Below, piece after piece: positions 31,111 to 40,616 of a stretch of DNA of 64,000 bases (within the stretch, counting starts at the first letter, position 1; every line of letters begins with the position of its first letter). The position numbers and the translations under genes are program-made. The notes beneath the pieces are model-generated. The model saw only the letters and a program-made list of their open reading frames with translations. It searched no databases and had not been told where the DNA came from. The DNA is from Pelagomonas calceolata. Taxonomy: Eukaryota. The stretch spans positions 1,736,001-1,800,000 of the forward strand of contig CAKKNE010000003.1 in NCBI GenBank assembly GCA_918797485.1. The letters are read 5' to 3'.

Positions 31111-32148
31111 TTACTTTGCCACAACAAACAACCCCAATAACGTAGAGGGCAGAAACGCCCGCGGGTCGTCGCGATACACGTCGTCGAGCAGGAACTCGTC
31201 GAATTTGTGGGGCGTCGGAGCGGTCAATGAGACCTTTGACTGGGTCAGGTACGAGGCTAGCGCGAGGCAGCACGGGTCCGGGTGCCAGGCAATGCCCCGT
31301 TCCTCGAGGCATGCGTCGGCCAGGCACGACGCGGCGCCGCCCAGAGCGACGGAGATTTTGACCTCGTAGCCCGAGGCAAAGTCGTCGGCAGCCTCCGCGA
31401 GATCCGCGCTACCCTCGAACGTAATCTTCGCGTCCTTCGTCCAACCGGTAGCTTTCCACGCGGCGAGCGTGTCTTCCGCGCCTTTTATCAGCGACTTGAA
31501 CGACGCTCCGGGGGCAGGCGCCGGCCCGCGATTCGCGATAAGAGCGGCGCCAAACGCGGTCGCAAAGGCGGCGCGGCTCTTCTTGTCTAGGAGGCGCTCG
31601 GCGGCTTCCTCGTACAATGCGAGCACCGCAACACCAGCACTATCTGAGGTCGCGTCGCCAGCGTCGAGGTCGCGCGCCGCCCTCGTCGCAAACGCCTTAC
31701 GAGCTGCGGGCTCGCGCGCGGCGATGGCGTCTGTGATCGTACGAGCGCTGGCACCGCTCGCCGCTGCGAGCGCGGATACGCCTTCCTTTCGTACGGCCGC
31801 CAGCAGCGCCGCGTCGACGGGTCGCGCCGCCGCGGCGACGGGCGCCGCGCGTGCACGCCGCGCGTCGAAGACGTCTGGGCTCGTGTTGGTCACCTTCTCA
31901 AACGCCCTGCGCGCATAGTACTCAGCGTCGAGCTCGGCGGCGCCGCGCACGCGCGCTTGTGCTATTGCTGGTACGACCGCTGTGGCGATGCCGCTGACGA
32001 GCGCGCGTCGACGCGTTGGTACGGTAGCGCTCGCGAGGCCGCCGACGAGTGCTCGGCGACGCGTTGGTTGTGCGGCTTTTACAATTGCTTGCAGCTGCAA
32101 TGCTGCGATAAGTAGACGTAATGCGGCATATGATCGGTGGCAAGGCAT
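31111..32148 (-). CDS. Putative thylakoid-lumen (Tat-targeted) hypothetical protein
   Basis: Signal peptide, then two tandem TRRRALV..hydrophobic segments ending in AQA; mature part begins RVRGAAELDAEYY. Confidence 0.7.
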   Translation of the reverse strand: MPCHRSYAALRLLIAALQLQAIVKAAQPTRRRALVGGLASATVPTRRRALVSGIATAVVPAIAQARVRGAAELDAEYYARRAFEKVTNTSPDVFDARRARAAPVAAAARPVDAALLAAVRKEGVSALAAASGASARTITDAIAAREPAARKAFATRAARDLDAGDATSDSAGVAVLALYEEAAERLLDKKSRAAFATAFGAALIANRGPAPAPGASFKSLIKGAEDTLAAWKATGWTKDAKITFEGSADLAEAADDFASGYEVKISVALGGAASCLADACLEERGIAWHPDPCCLALASYLTQSKVSLTAPTPHKFDEFLLDDVYRDDPRAFLPSTLLGLFVVAK

Positions 32149-32445
32149 CGCTGCGACGTCTCGCGTCGCGACGTAGTCAGCGTGTGCAAGTTGTTGCTGC
32201 TGGCAGCCTGGCTGCGAGGCTGGTTTCACCGCTCTAAAAGCTGCGAATTCGTCCAGCGCTTGAATAATCGCACCGATGCGATGCAATGGAAGAGCCTACG
32301 CCCGCCGTGCGATGTGACTCGCGGTGCTGACTCTGAGCTTGGCAGCAGAGGCACCGAGAGAGACCCGCATAGATGGAATGTCGCGACCCATCCCACAAAG
32401 AGAAACATCTTCAACCCGAATCACAGACGACTGAGCGATTCCGTG

Positions 32446-32467
32446 CTAGCGGCCAGTAAGACACTAG
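32446..32467 (+). promoter_or_regulatory. CTAG-bounded motif, copy 4 (CTAGCGGCCAGTAAGACACTAG)
   Basis: 21/22 identical to copy 1; about 107 bp upstream of ATG 32574. Confidence 0.6.
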
Positions 32468-32573
32468 CAATTCTCAACAAGCTGAAGCAGTGCCCCAGCC
32501 TCGCCAGAGCGCTGCAGCGCCGTGCAACCAGCCACTGCAAAAACAAACACGCAACAGAGCTGCAAACAACACG

Positions 32574-34125
32574 ATGGCAAGACTTCCACTGCTCGCCGCA
32601 AGCCTAGCGGCCCTAACAGCCTCCTCAAGCGTGCCCCAAGTCGAGCGCTCCGCCAGCTACCCCAAGCGGAGCAGCGCGGACAGCGCGTTACTCGAATGGG
32701 GCAACAGCGCCATCATCCACAACGCCGACGGCGTCGTCGCGCGATTCGGCCCCGCGGCCACGCATCCCGAGTTTGAATTAGGCATCGAGGCCGACTTAGT
32801 CACGGCGTCGCCGCGCCAGGGCTGCGAGGCGCTCTCGAACGCGGCGAAGGCGCTGACGCAGATCGTCGTCATGTACCGGGGCGGCTGCTCGTTCCGCAAG
32901 AAGCTCGAAAACGCCGAGGCGGCCGGCGCCGCGGCGCTGATCGTCGTGAACAACGACCGCCGCTCTCCTGATAGAGCGTTTGCCATGTCCCTGGACGCGG
33001 ACGAGGAGGTCGACCGGCCCGACGACGGCCCCGATCCCGACCAGGACGCCAAAATCCGGACGCCGTCGCTCATGGTGTCCTACGCCGCGGGGCAGCAATT
33101 ACGGGAGCACGGGCCGCGGCGCATGCGCATCTTCGCGGGCGGCGACCGGCCCTTCATCGAGTCTGTGACGGATGCCGCGCCCCTGCTCTATTTAGTGCAT
33201 AACGCGATCATGGATTCCGAGATCGAGGCGGCCAAAGCGAAATTAGCACCTTATCTACTACCGCACCCGCCGGGCCGGTCGAACGAGGCGCCCATCCACC
33301 GCGCGACGCGGTCGCTCGGCGCTCTGAGGGGTGCCCAGCTCACGGCGTTCTACGACCGCGTCGCGTCGATCGTCGGCTACCCCGTCGACCACCTCTCGGA
33401 GCCCATCTTGGAGCGCCGCCGCGCGGGCCAGCCCTACGCGCTGCGCGAGGACCGGGCGCTGCTGCCGCTGAACCCGTATTGCTGCCAGCGTTTTTTTCCC
33501 CCGCCGCGCCATCGAGCAGACGTCGCCATCGGGGTAGGACGCCATCGACGCGAGATATCCACACAGGCGCGGCGTCGAGGACGCGCGCGCGCGCACGATC
33601 ATGACGGTTTATTGTTATCTGGACGATGTCAAGGACGAGGACGGCGGCGCCTTATATTTCGCGCGCGCGCGGCCGGGCGCCGTGCGCGTGCGCGTCCGCA
33701 AGGGCCTGGCGGCCATCTTCTACTCTGCCCTCGAGGACGGGACCTTGGATCGGACGGCGGCGCACGGCGACGCGCCGCTGCGGTCGGGCGCCGAGGCCTG
33801 GGTGCTGGCCCTGCGCGTCTACGACCGGCCGCGCCCGCTCGCGCGCCGCGTGATCCTGCCGGCGGTGCTCTGGCTGCCGTTCGGCGGCGCGCCGCCCAAG
33901 GCCCTGGCCGTGGCGAGCTACCGCTTCTTCGCGCGCGCTGTGGGGGATGAGAAGGCGCCGGCGGCCGTCGACGCGGCGCTCTGGGCGCTGGCCGCGTTGC
34001 TATTCGCGCCGCTCGGCGTGGCCGCCTTCCTCGCCTACAAGGCGTTCGAGAAGTCGCGCGCGCCTCCCAAAAGAGTCGTGTCGCAGCCCGAGAAGAAGTC
34101 TCGCAAGAGCAAGAAGAAGGACTGA
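32574..34125 (+). CDS. ER membrane protein: signal peptide + PA domain + degenerate prolyl-4-hydroxylase-like domain + TM + KKxx, 486 aa (exons 32574-33475, 33567-34125)
   Basis: PA motif IVVMYRGGCSFRKKLENAEAAGAAALIVVNN; P4H-like TVYCYLDDV..GGAL.F..KGLAAIF..DG..D...HG..P; C-terminal TM and ..SKKKD. The two ORFs join in frame after splicing. Confidence 0.8.
33476..33566 (+). mobile_element. Introner-derived intron, 91 bp, GT-AG, phase 2
   Basis: Ends GAGATATCCACACAG|G and contains CGCCATCGAG and ACGCCATCGACGCGA. Removal joins ORF 32490 to ORF 33601 in frame. Confidence 0.88.
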
Positions 34126-34180
34126 CGCGCCGCGTCATCGATGTCGCCTAAGAGCACGACACAGATAGTTAGACAAACAA

Positions 34181-35251
34181 TCACCCCTCGAGCGAGGCGA
34201 GGATAGCCGCTTGTAAAGCTGCCTCCTCCTCCGCGGCGAGGTCTATCGACGGCGCAGACGCGCCGCCACCGACGAAGGACGGCTGCCGGAACTCGTGGCC
34301 GAACTTGCGCCGCGGCGGGTAGAGGTGCGCGTTCGGCCCGCAGGCGCGGAGGTGGTCCCGGAGGCGGGACAGCGGCATGCGCGCGCCGCAGTGGCACTCG
34401 CCCTTGAGCTTCTTCATGTTCGCCCGCACCAGCGCCGCCGCGGACGCCTCGACCCGTCCCGACTCGCCGTTCACAAGCGGCTTGCGGCAGAGCGGACAAA
34501 CGCATTCCGACGGCTTCGAGGCCTGGGCGCAGTGGTCCTCGAGACACCCGCGGCAGAAGACGTGCTCGCAGACGCCCGTGGAGACAGCCGCCTCGAGCAC
34601 TTCCGTACATACCGCACAAGCGTACTTGTCGTCGAATTTCACGGACAGCATCTGCGACGCCTCAGCGTGATGCCTCGCGACCGCCGCGGCGCGCCGCGCG
34701 CCTTTGACGGCGTTGTCCGCGTCCACGGCTGCTTGCGCGAGCGCTAGGTCTGCGCGCGCCGCCGCCGCCGCCGCCGCCGCGCCTTCCCGCCTTTCAGCTT
34801 TGGCCACCAGCCCCTGGTCCTTTGCGAGCGACGGTGTCTGGACTAACTTTTGAGCAGCGTCGTCGCACTGCCGCTCCGCCTTGGTCGCCTTGCGCAGCCG
34901 CCGTCGCGCCGCCTCGACGAGCTCGTGCGGGCTCGGCGGCGGCGTTATCTCTTCTTCCGATTCGCTGAGGTCGCCGGACGAGGCCGAGCGCCGTCGGGCG
35001 CGTCGACTGCTCGTGCTCGGTGGGGTGGCCGCTGCAGCCGCGCGTGCCGTCAGCGCCTCCCGCGCCGCGATGGCGTCGAGGGAGTCGTCCGTCGCGGCCA
35101 CGGTGAGCAATGCTCTCGCCTCGGCTGCTCTTTTAGCTGCTCGGCGCTTGTTTTTGAGTTGTGCTTTTGTGAGTGGAGTGGTGGTCTGGGGCTGCGGCTC
35201 CGGCTTCTTGCTACGCGAGGAGACGGCTGTCCACTCGTCATCGTCAGCCAT
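34181..35251 (-). CDS. C3HC4 RING E3 ligase with C2HC zinc finger and C-terminal UIM (RNF114/RNF166-like architecture)
   Basis: CAVC..CEHVFCRGC..CPLC; CHC...LRDHLRAC; EEEAALQAAILASL. Confidence 0.85.
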   Translation of the reverse strand: MADDDEWTAVSSRSKKPEPQPQTTTPLTKAQLKNKRRAAKRAAEARALLTVAATDDSLDAIAAREALTARAAAAATPPSTSSRRARRRSASSGDLSESEEEITPPPSPHELVEAARRRLRKATKAERQCDDAAQKLVQTPSLAKDQGLVAKAERREGAAAAAAAARADLALAQAAVDADNAVKGARRAAAVARHHAEASQMLSVKFDDKYACAVCTEVLEAAVSTGVCEHVFCRGCLEDHCAQASKPSECVCPLCRKPLVNGESGRVEASAAALVRANMKKLKGECHCGARMPLSRLRDHLRACGPNAHLYPPRRKFGHEFRQPSFVGGGASAPSIDLAAEEEAALQAAILASLEG

Positions 35252-35433
35252 GGCTGTGGGCTGTGCAGGTGGGTGCACTACGTGTATGTGTGTGTACGTA
35301 TGCAACAAGCGCACTTGTGGCTACGTACGACCAGGATGCGACTCTACAGTCTCGGAGGGCCTTGGTTTGGCAAAGGGGCGGTTCACTGACCGCTTTTAGG
35401 ATGCGTTTTTGGTTTTGCTCCTGCATGAAATTA

Positions 35434-35455
35434 CTAGTGTGTTACTATACTCTAG
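35434..35455 (-). promoter_or_regulatory. CTAG-bounded motif, copy 5 (minus strand CTAGAGTATAGTAACACACTAG)
   Basis: In the divergent promoter between the RING and DAK genes. Confidence 0.5.
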
Positions 35456-35556
35456 GGTGCCAAAAATAATTAGCTCGCGCCGCGGGAAATCCTGCTTTCC
35501 GAGACGACTGCGGATAATAAACACAAGCCACGGCATTATTCGCAGCCACAGTGACC

Positions 35557-37404
35557 ATGAGCTCCTCCACCCTCGACACCACCGCGATCACGGACGCCCT
35601 GAACGACGTGGGTCGGCGCCTCTCCGACGCAGCCGCGTCTGCGACCAGCTTCCCTGAGACGGCCAAGTTATTTGAAACACCGCCCGTCAAGAAGATCCTC
35701 GACGCCGACAACGGCGCGAAACTTACGGAGGAGCTGCTCGACGCCTTGCTGGTGACGAACAAAGGCACGCTCACACGCCTAGACGACACGGCCTTCGCGG
35801 CGGGCTGTAGAGTGATAGTCCGGGCCGACTACGAGCGCCAGGTGAAGAACGCGCGCTATGTCAGCGTCATCTCGGGCGGCGGCAGCGGCCACGAGCCGGC
35901 GCACGCGGGCTTCGTGGGAGCTGGTTTACTGACCGCGGCGGTCTGCGGCGACGTCTTCGCGTCGCCGTCGGCCAAGGCCGTGTTAGCTGCGATCGTCGCC
36001 ACGTCTTCACCAAGGGCCGGCTGTCTGTTGATCGTGAAGAATTATACCGGAGACCGGCTCAACTTCGGCATCGCGGCCGAGACGGCGAAATCTAGATACG
36101 GCATCCCCGTGGAGACAGTTTATGTTGCAGATGATGTGGCCTTGGATTCGGGCTCGAACGCGAGAGGCGTGGCCGGCACTTTGTTAGTTCACAAGGCCGC
36201 CGGCGCCGCCGCCGCGGCGGGCTATTCGTTGCAGGACGTCGCCAAGGCGGCTCGCGACGCTGCTGAACGCGTCAAGACCATGGGCGCCGCCTACGAGGTG
36301 TGCACGCTGCCGGGCCGGCCGCCGTCGGGTAGACTGGGCGCTGGGGAAGTCGAGTTGGGTCTGGGGATCCACGGCGAGCCCGGGTTCGAAAGAACGGCCA
36401 CGCCGACGGCTTCTCAGTTAGCGGCGACGCTCGCCGAGCGAACGACGGCGAAGATGCCGCAGGGCGACGTCGCTTTGATAATCAACGACCTGGGCACGAC
36501 GACGCCGATGGAGCTCGCCGTGTTTGGGGCCGCCTGCATCAAGGCCGTCGAGGCGCGCGGGTTTACCGTCGTTCGTGTCTTATCTGGAAGCCTCATGACG
36601 GCGCTGGACATGCACGGCGTGTCTTTGTCCGTGGCCCCGGTCGACTCCAAAATCTTGAAATTCATCGACGCGCCCTGCGCCGCGCCGGCCATGTCAACAG
36701 GCGCCTGGCGCGTCGCGACCGGTGCGTCTGCTCCCCTCATCAAGCCCGAGGCGAGTGTGGTGGACGACCCGCCGCCGCCACCGGTGCCGGGCGACCTCGA
36801 GGACACGGAGCGCGCCGTCAAGGCCATCCGGGCGGCCTGCGAGGCGGTTTTGAAGGCCGAGGCCGAGCTCACGGCTCTCGACGAGAAGGTCGGCGACGGC
36901 GACGCCGGCACTACACTAGCTGCGGGCGCCAAGGCCGTGCTCCAGGCCTGCGACGCGGGCCTGCCCAAGGGCGCGTCGGGCGTCGCCGCGGCCGTCGCGC
37001 GCGCCGTCGAGGACTCCATGGGCGGCTCGTCCGGCGTGTTATATAATCTGGGCCTGAAGGCCGCCGAGACGTCGTTACGGCAGTCCGCGGGCACGAGGGT
37101 CCCGGCCGACAAGGCCTGGTGTGACGCGTACGTGGCCTTCGCCGAAGCTATTACTAAATGTGGCGGCGCGGGCATCGGGTCGCGGACCATGTGCGACGCG
37201 ACGCTGCCGGCGGCGGACGTCTTCAGGACGGGCGGCACGCTGGCCGAGGCGGCGGCCGCCGCGCGCCGCGGTGCAGATTCGACGGCGTCGCTCGCCGCGA
37301 CGCACGGCCGGTCGGCCTACCTGGCGGAGGAGACGCAGCGCGGCGTCGTCGACCCGGGCGCGCGCGCCGTGGCGATCGCGTTCGCGGCCGTGGCGAGTGC
37401 TTGA
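35557..37404 (+). CDS. DAK1: Dihydroxyacetone kinase / triokinase (Dak1+Dak2 domains)
   Basis: ISGGGSGHEPAHAGFVG, KNYTGDRLNF, LGIHGEPG, VGDGDAG, MGGSSG, HGRSAY, DPGA. Confidence 0.95.
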   Translation: MSSSTLDTTAITDALNDVGRRLSDAAASATSFPETAKLFETPPVKKILDADNGAKLTEELLDALLVTNKGTLTRLDDTAFAAGCRVIVRADYERQVKNARYVSVISGGGSGHEPAHAGFVGAGLLTAAVCGDVFASPSAKAVLAAIVATSSPRAGCLLIVKNYTGDRLNFGIAAETAKSRYGIPVETVYVADDVALDSGSNARGVAGTLLVHKAAGAAAAAGYSLQDVAKAARDAAERVKTMGAAYEVCTLPGRPPSGRLGAGEVELGLGIHGEPGFERTATPTASQLAATLAERTTAKMPQGDVALIINDLGTTTPMELAVFGAACIKAVEARGFTVVRVLSGSLMTALDMHGVSLSVAPVDSKILKFIDAPCAAPAMSTGAWRVATGASAPLIKPEASVVDDPPPPPVPGDLEDTERAVKAIRAACEAVLKAEAELTALDEKVGDGDAGTTLAAGAKAVLQACDAGLPKGASGVAAAVARAVEDSMGGSSGVLYNLGLKAAETSLRQSAGTRVPADKAWCDAYVAFAEAITKCGGAGIGSRTMCDATLPAADVFRTGGTLAEAAAAARRGADSTASLAATHGRSAYLAEETQRGVVDPGARAVAIAFAAVASA

Positions 37405-37562
37405 TCACTCGACGCAGCTCGCGCGGGATCACTCGTGGGAGCTACTAAGTGGTCTATGAGTATAACTTAGACGCGCCCCGCCCCCCACCCATGCGCCGCT
37501 TCTCAACTAAGTTATGGTCTATATGAGTGTGAATTAAGAGAACGTCCTGCCCGCCCGTCGCC

Positions 37563-37840
37563 GTCTCTCACGCCGCCGATGAAGTAAACGCACCTGAATG
37601 AAGAAACGCACCCCCCCTCGTCTCGCGTCTCGATCGTCGTCTCGGTAATCTCTTCATCTCTTCGGCTCGTCTCTTGCTCACAATCTCACCGATCGTCGCG
37701 GCGGTCTCTGCATCAGTCTCGTGTGGAATTCTTCTCGTTGTCTCATAGGCTTGTCTCGATCTCGGCGGGTCGTCTCTCGTCTCTTAGTGTCTCATCATAA
37801 TATCTCGATAGGTCTCGGCGAACGTCGGAATAATAGTCTC
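37563..37840 (-). promoter_or_regulatory. Strand-specific GAGAY motif array in the putative 3' UTR of the RRM gene
   Basis: 19 copies of RTCTC on + (GAGAY in the mRNA) within about 280 nt directly after the stop codon. Confidence 0.55.
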
Positions 37841-37847
37841 AGCGAAC

Positions 37848-39446
37848 TCAGTACGACGGGCCCGGGGGTCGAGGCGGTGCGCCGTCGGCGCGGGCCGGGT
37901 AGGCGGGCGCGCCGTCGTACGGGGATGGTTGTTGGGCCGGCGGCGGAGCGCCATACGGTTGTCCCTGGGGCGGAGCACCGCCGTACGGCTGTCCCGGCGG
38001 GGCGCCGTACTGCGGTTGGCCCTGAGGCGCACCGTAGCCCTGAGGAGGCGAACCGCCGTATTGCTGAGGCGGCGCGTTTCCGTAGCCCTGAGGAGGACCG
38101 CCGTACTGGCCCTGGGGCGGCGGTGCCCCGTACTGCGGCGGCGCGCCCGGCGGCGCGCCTTGCGGTGCTTGCTGCTGAGGGTAAGGCGGGTAGGGGGGCG
38201 CCTGGCCGCCTTGCTGTGGATACGGCGGGTACGGCGGCGCCTGACCACCTTGCTGCGGGTAGGGCGGGTAAGGCGGTGGTGCGCCGCCGCCGTAGCCCTG
38301 TGGCGGGCCCTGTGGAGGACCTTGGGGCACGAACGAGTAGCCCGGCTGGCGCGGCGGCGGCTGTCTCTGGCCGGGAGGCGCGTAGCCCTGTTGAGGCGGC
38401 GGGTAGCCGCCCGGAGGCCCGTAGCCGTACCCAGGCTGTGGCGGCGGATATCCATAGCCATAACCAGGCCCGGGCGGTCCGCGGGGCGGAAACATCGGGC
38501 CGCGCGGCCCGCCCCGCGGCGGCGGCCGCGGCGACGCGAAGACGACTTTGCAGCGTGCCTGATCGGCTCCTAGCGTACAAAACCCAGACGCCACGGCCGC
38601 CTTGGCCTGCTCGTGCTCGGCGAAGGTCACGAAGCCGAACCCTCGTGGCTCGCCCGTGTCCTGGTGCCGCATCACGACGACCTCCCTTAAAGCGCCGAAA
38701 CGAGAAAACGCTACTTCCAAATCCTGCTCCGTGTGGTGCTGCCGCAAGTCAGAAACATACAATTTTGTCAGGCCCGTGACGTCGCCCGTGGCGCCCTGGT
38801 TCTCGCCCTTGCAGTTTGTGACGTTGAGCGTCCTTCCTTGCAGTACATGTTTTTGTCCTAAAATCCTGTCTGCGGCTTTCCGCGACGCCACCGTAACGAA
38901 GCCAAATCCTCTAGATTGCTTGGTCATGCGGTGCTTCTGGATCACCGCGTCGTGGACCGCCGAGAAGCGCCCGAAGTACTCTTGTAAGTCTTCCTTGCAC
39001 GTCACCATGCTCAGGCCGCCGACGAACAGTTTCGTGGGGTTCGTGTCGTCGCCGGGTAAAGGATCGGGCGACCCTTGCACTTGTTGGGGATAGTAAGAGG
39101 ATTGCGGAGCGGCTCGCGCTTGTGCTAATTGAGCGTGGTACGACGGCTGCGGTGCTGCTTGTACGACCGACGGCTGCGGCGGCGCGGACACCACGGACGG
39201 CTGCGGCGCGACCGCCTCCCGGGCCGACGCGAGCAGGCTCGCGACCTCGGCGTCGAGCGGCGGCGCCGGCGCGGCGGGCGCGGGCTCCGACGACGACACT
39301 ACATGTACCAATGCGGGCTCCTCGCCGGCCTCGGTTTCCTGCTTCTTGGCGGCGGGCTCCTCGGCCTCGGCCTCCTCGACAGGCTCCTCCTCGCCCTCCT
39401 CCTTCTTGGCGGCCGCGGCCTTCTTTTTGCGCTTCCGCGGGGGCAT
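37848..39446 (-). CDS. Two-RRM RNA-binding protein (hnRNP A/Musashi/DAZAP1-like) with a P/G/Q/Y-rich low-complexity tail
   Basis: KLFVGGL..SRGFGFVT and KLYVSDL..PRGFGFVTF; tail repeats PPYPPYPQQ and PPQGYG. Confidence 0.9.
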   Translation of the reverse strand: MPPRKRKKKAAAAKKEEGEEEPVEEAEAEEPAAKKQETEAGEEPALVHVVSSSEPAPAAPAPPLDAEVASLLASAREAVAPQPSVVSAPPQPSVVQAAPQPSYHAQLAQARAAPQSSYYPQQVQGSPDPLPGDDTNPTKLFVGGLSMVTCKEDLQEYFGRFSAVHDAVIQKHRMTKQSRGFGFVTVASRKAADRILGQKHVLQGRTLNVTNCKGENQGATGDVTGLTKLYVSDLRQHHTEQDLEVAFSRFGALREVVVMRHQDTGEPRGFGFVTFAEHEQAKAAVASGFCTLGADQARCKVVFASPRPPPRGGPRGPMFPPRGPPGPGYGYGYPPPQPGYGYGPPGGYPPPQQGYAPPGQRQPPPRQPGYSFVPQGPPQGPPQGYGGGAPPPYPPYPQQGGQAPPYPPYPQQGGQAPPYPPYPQQQAPQGAPPGAPPQYGAPPPQGQYGGPPQGYGNAPPQQYGGSPPQGYGAPQGQPQYGAPPGQPYGGAPPQGQPYGAPPPAQQPSPYDGAPAYPARADGAPPRPPGPSY

Positions 39447-39631
39447 TGGCTGCTGTAGATGCTGCTAACCTCAAGACTTTGTACTCGCGTGAAGCCGCGC
39501 GATGGCGTGGCCCGTTGGAGCCTTTTAGCGCTTTTACGAGTACCAGCGCACTGCGCGCACGCTCTTAATCAAGTAGACGAGCACAACTGGGGCTCGCTTG
39601 CGTCGCTTGCGTCGCGGCCGGAGCTCATTAT

Positions 39632-39652
39632 CTAGCGACAGTAAGATACTAG
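39632..39652 (+). promoter_or_regulatory. CTAG-bounded motif, copy 6 (CTAGCGACAGTAAGATACTAG)
   Basis: In the divergent promoter between the RRM and DUF924 genes. Confidence 0.55.
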
Positions 39653-39774
39653 AAACGCTCTCCGCTTTTGCTGCAGCTCTGCAGATGCTGTACTGCTTGC
39701 CAGCGCTCGCGTTGCACGTCTGTAACTTCGAGCCGTGTCACCAGCACTCGATCAGATCGGCGCTGGCAGCAGGC

Positions 39775-40422
39775 ATGGCCTCGTCGAGCATCGACAAGCC
39801 GTCGGATGTGATAACCTTCTGGTTTGGGCAGGAGTGGGTGGACGGTGGCATGGATGCCAAGGAATATGCTGATCAAGGAATCAAGCGGTGGTTTTTCGGC
39901 GGGCCCTCGCTGGACGCAGAATGCTGCGAATTCATTCCGCTCATCCGCGCCGCGGGCGCCGGCAGCTTGCGAGGCGAGGCTTGGGACGACGTGCCTGGAC
40001 TGATTGCGCGCCTCGTACTGCTCGATCAGCTCTCGCGCAATGCCTTCCGTGGCACGTCGGAAGCGTTCGCTTACGACAACGCGGCGCAGGAGGTGGCCGT
40101 GCGGCTCCTCGACCGCTTCGCCGCGCGGCCCGCCGACCTGCCCTGGCCGGCGGCCGTATTCCTTACGACGAGCCTCCTGCACGCCGAGGACGTACAGCTC
40201 CACGACCGCGCCGCCGCATTCCTCCGGGAACACACTGGTGAATCCCACGCGCCAGTTCTTGCTGACAAGCTTCTGCCTCAGCTCGAGTCTCACACAGAAG
40301 TGCTGAGGAAATTCGGGAGGTACCCGCACCGGAATCAGGCGCTCGGCCGCGACACCACTGACGCGGAGCGCGCCTGGCTCGCGTCCGACGAGGTTCCGGG
40401 GTGGGCGCGGAGCCAGATGTAG
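39775..40422 (+). CDS. DUF924 family protein (start may be ATG 39685)
   Basis: VITFWFG, LVLLDQLSRNAFRGT..AF..D, LLHAED, KFGRYPHRNQALGRDTT..E. Confidence 0.9.
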   Translation: MASSSIDKPSDVITFWFGQEWVDGGMDAKEYADQGIKRWFFGGPSLDAECCEFIPLIRAAGAGSLRGEAWDDVPGLIARLVLLDQLSRNAFRGTSEAFAYDNAAQEVAVRLLDRFAARPADLPWPAAVFLTTSLLHAEDVQLHDRAAAFLREHTGESHAPVLADKLLPQLESHTEVLRKFGRYPHRNQALGRDTTDAERAWLASDEVPGWARSQM

Positions 40423-40506
40423 CGGTGGTACCGACGACAAGATGTAGTTCATGTTATTTCTGTAAGATTCTTAAGTTGAACCGCAATACTGGCCTCGCGT
40501 TCACAT

Positions 40507-40527
40507 CTAGCGGCAGTAAGACACTAG
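40507..40527 (+). promoter_or_regulatory. CTAG-bounded motif, copy 7 (CTAGCGGCAGTAAGACACTAG)
   Basis: 90 bp upstream of ATG 40617. Confidence 0.6.
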
Positions 40528-40616
40528 CACGCTCAAGCATCCAGTCATGATGATGGCTGGCACGGAGTAGAGAGAGCTGCATCGCTGTGAAACTTGCCAG
40601 CCGCAGCCAGCGCATC

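Noticed and set aside
37444..37538. Imperfect direct repeat ACTAAGT..GGTCTAT..GAGT in a terminator region; considered as CRISPR-like or ncRNA
   Set aside because: Only two degenerate copies, eukaryotic context and no cas genes.
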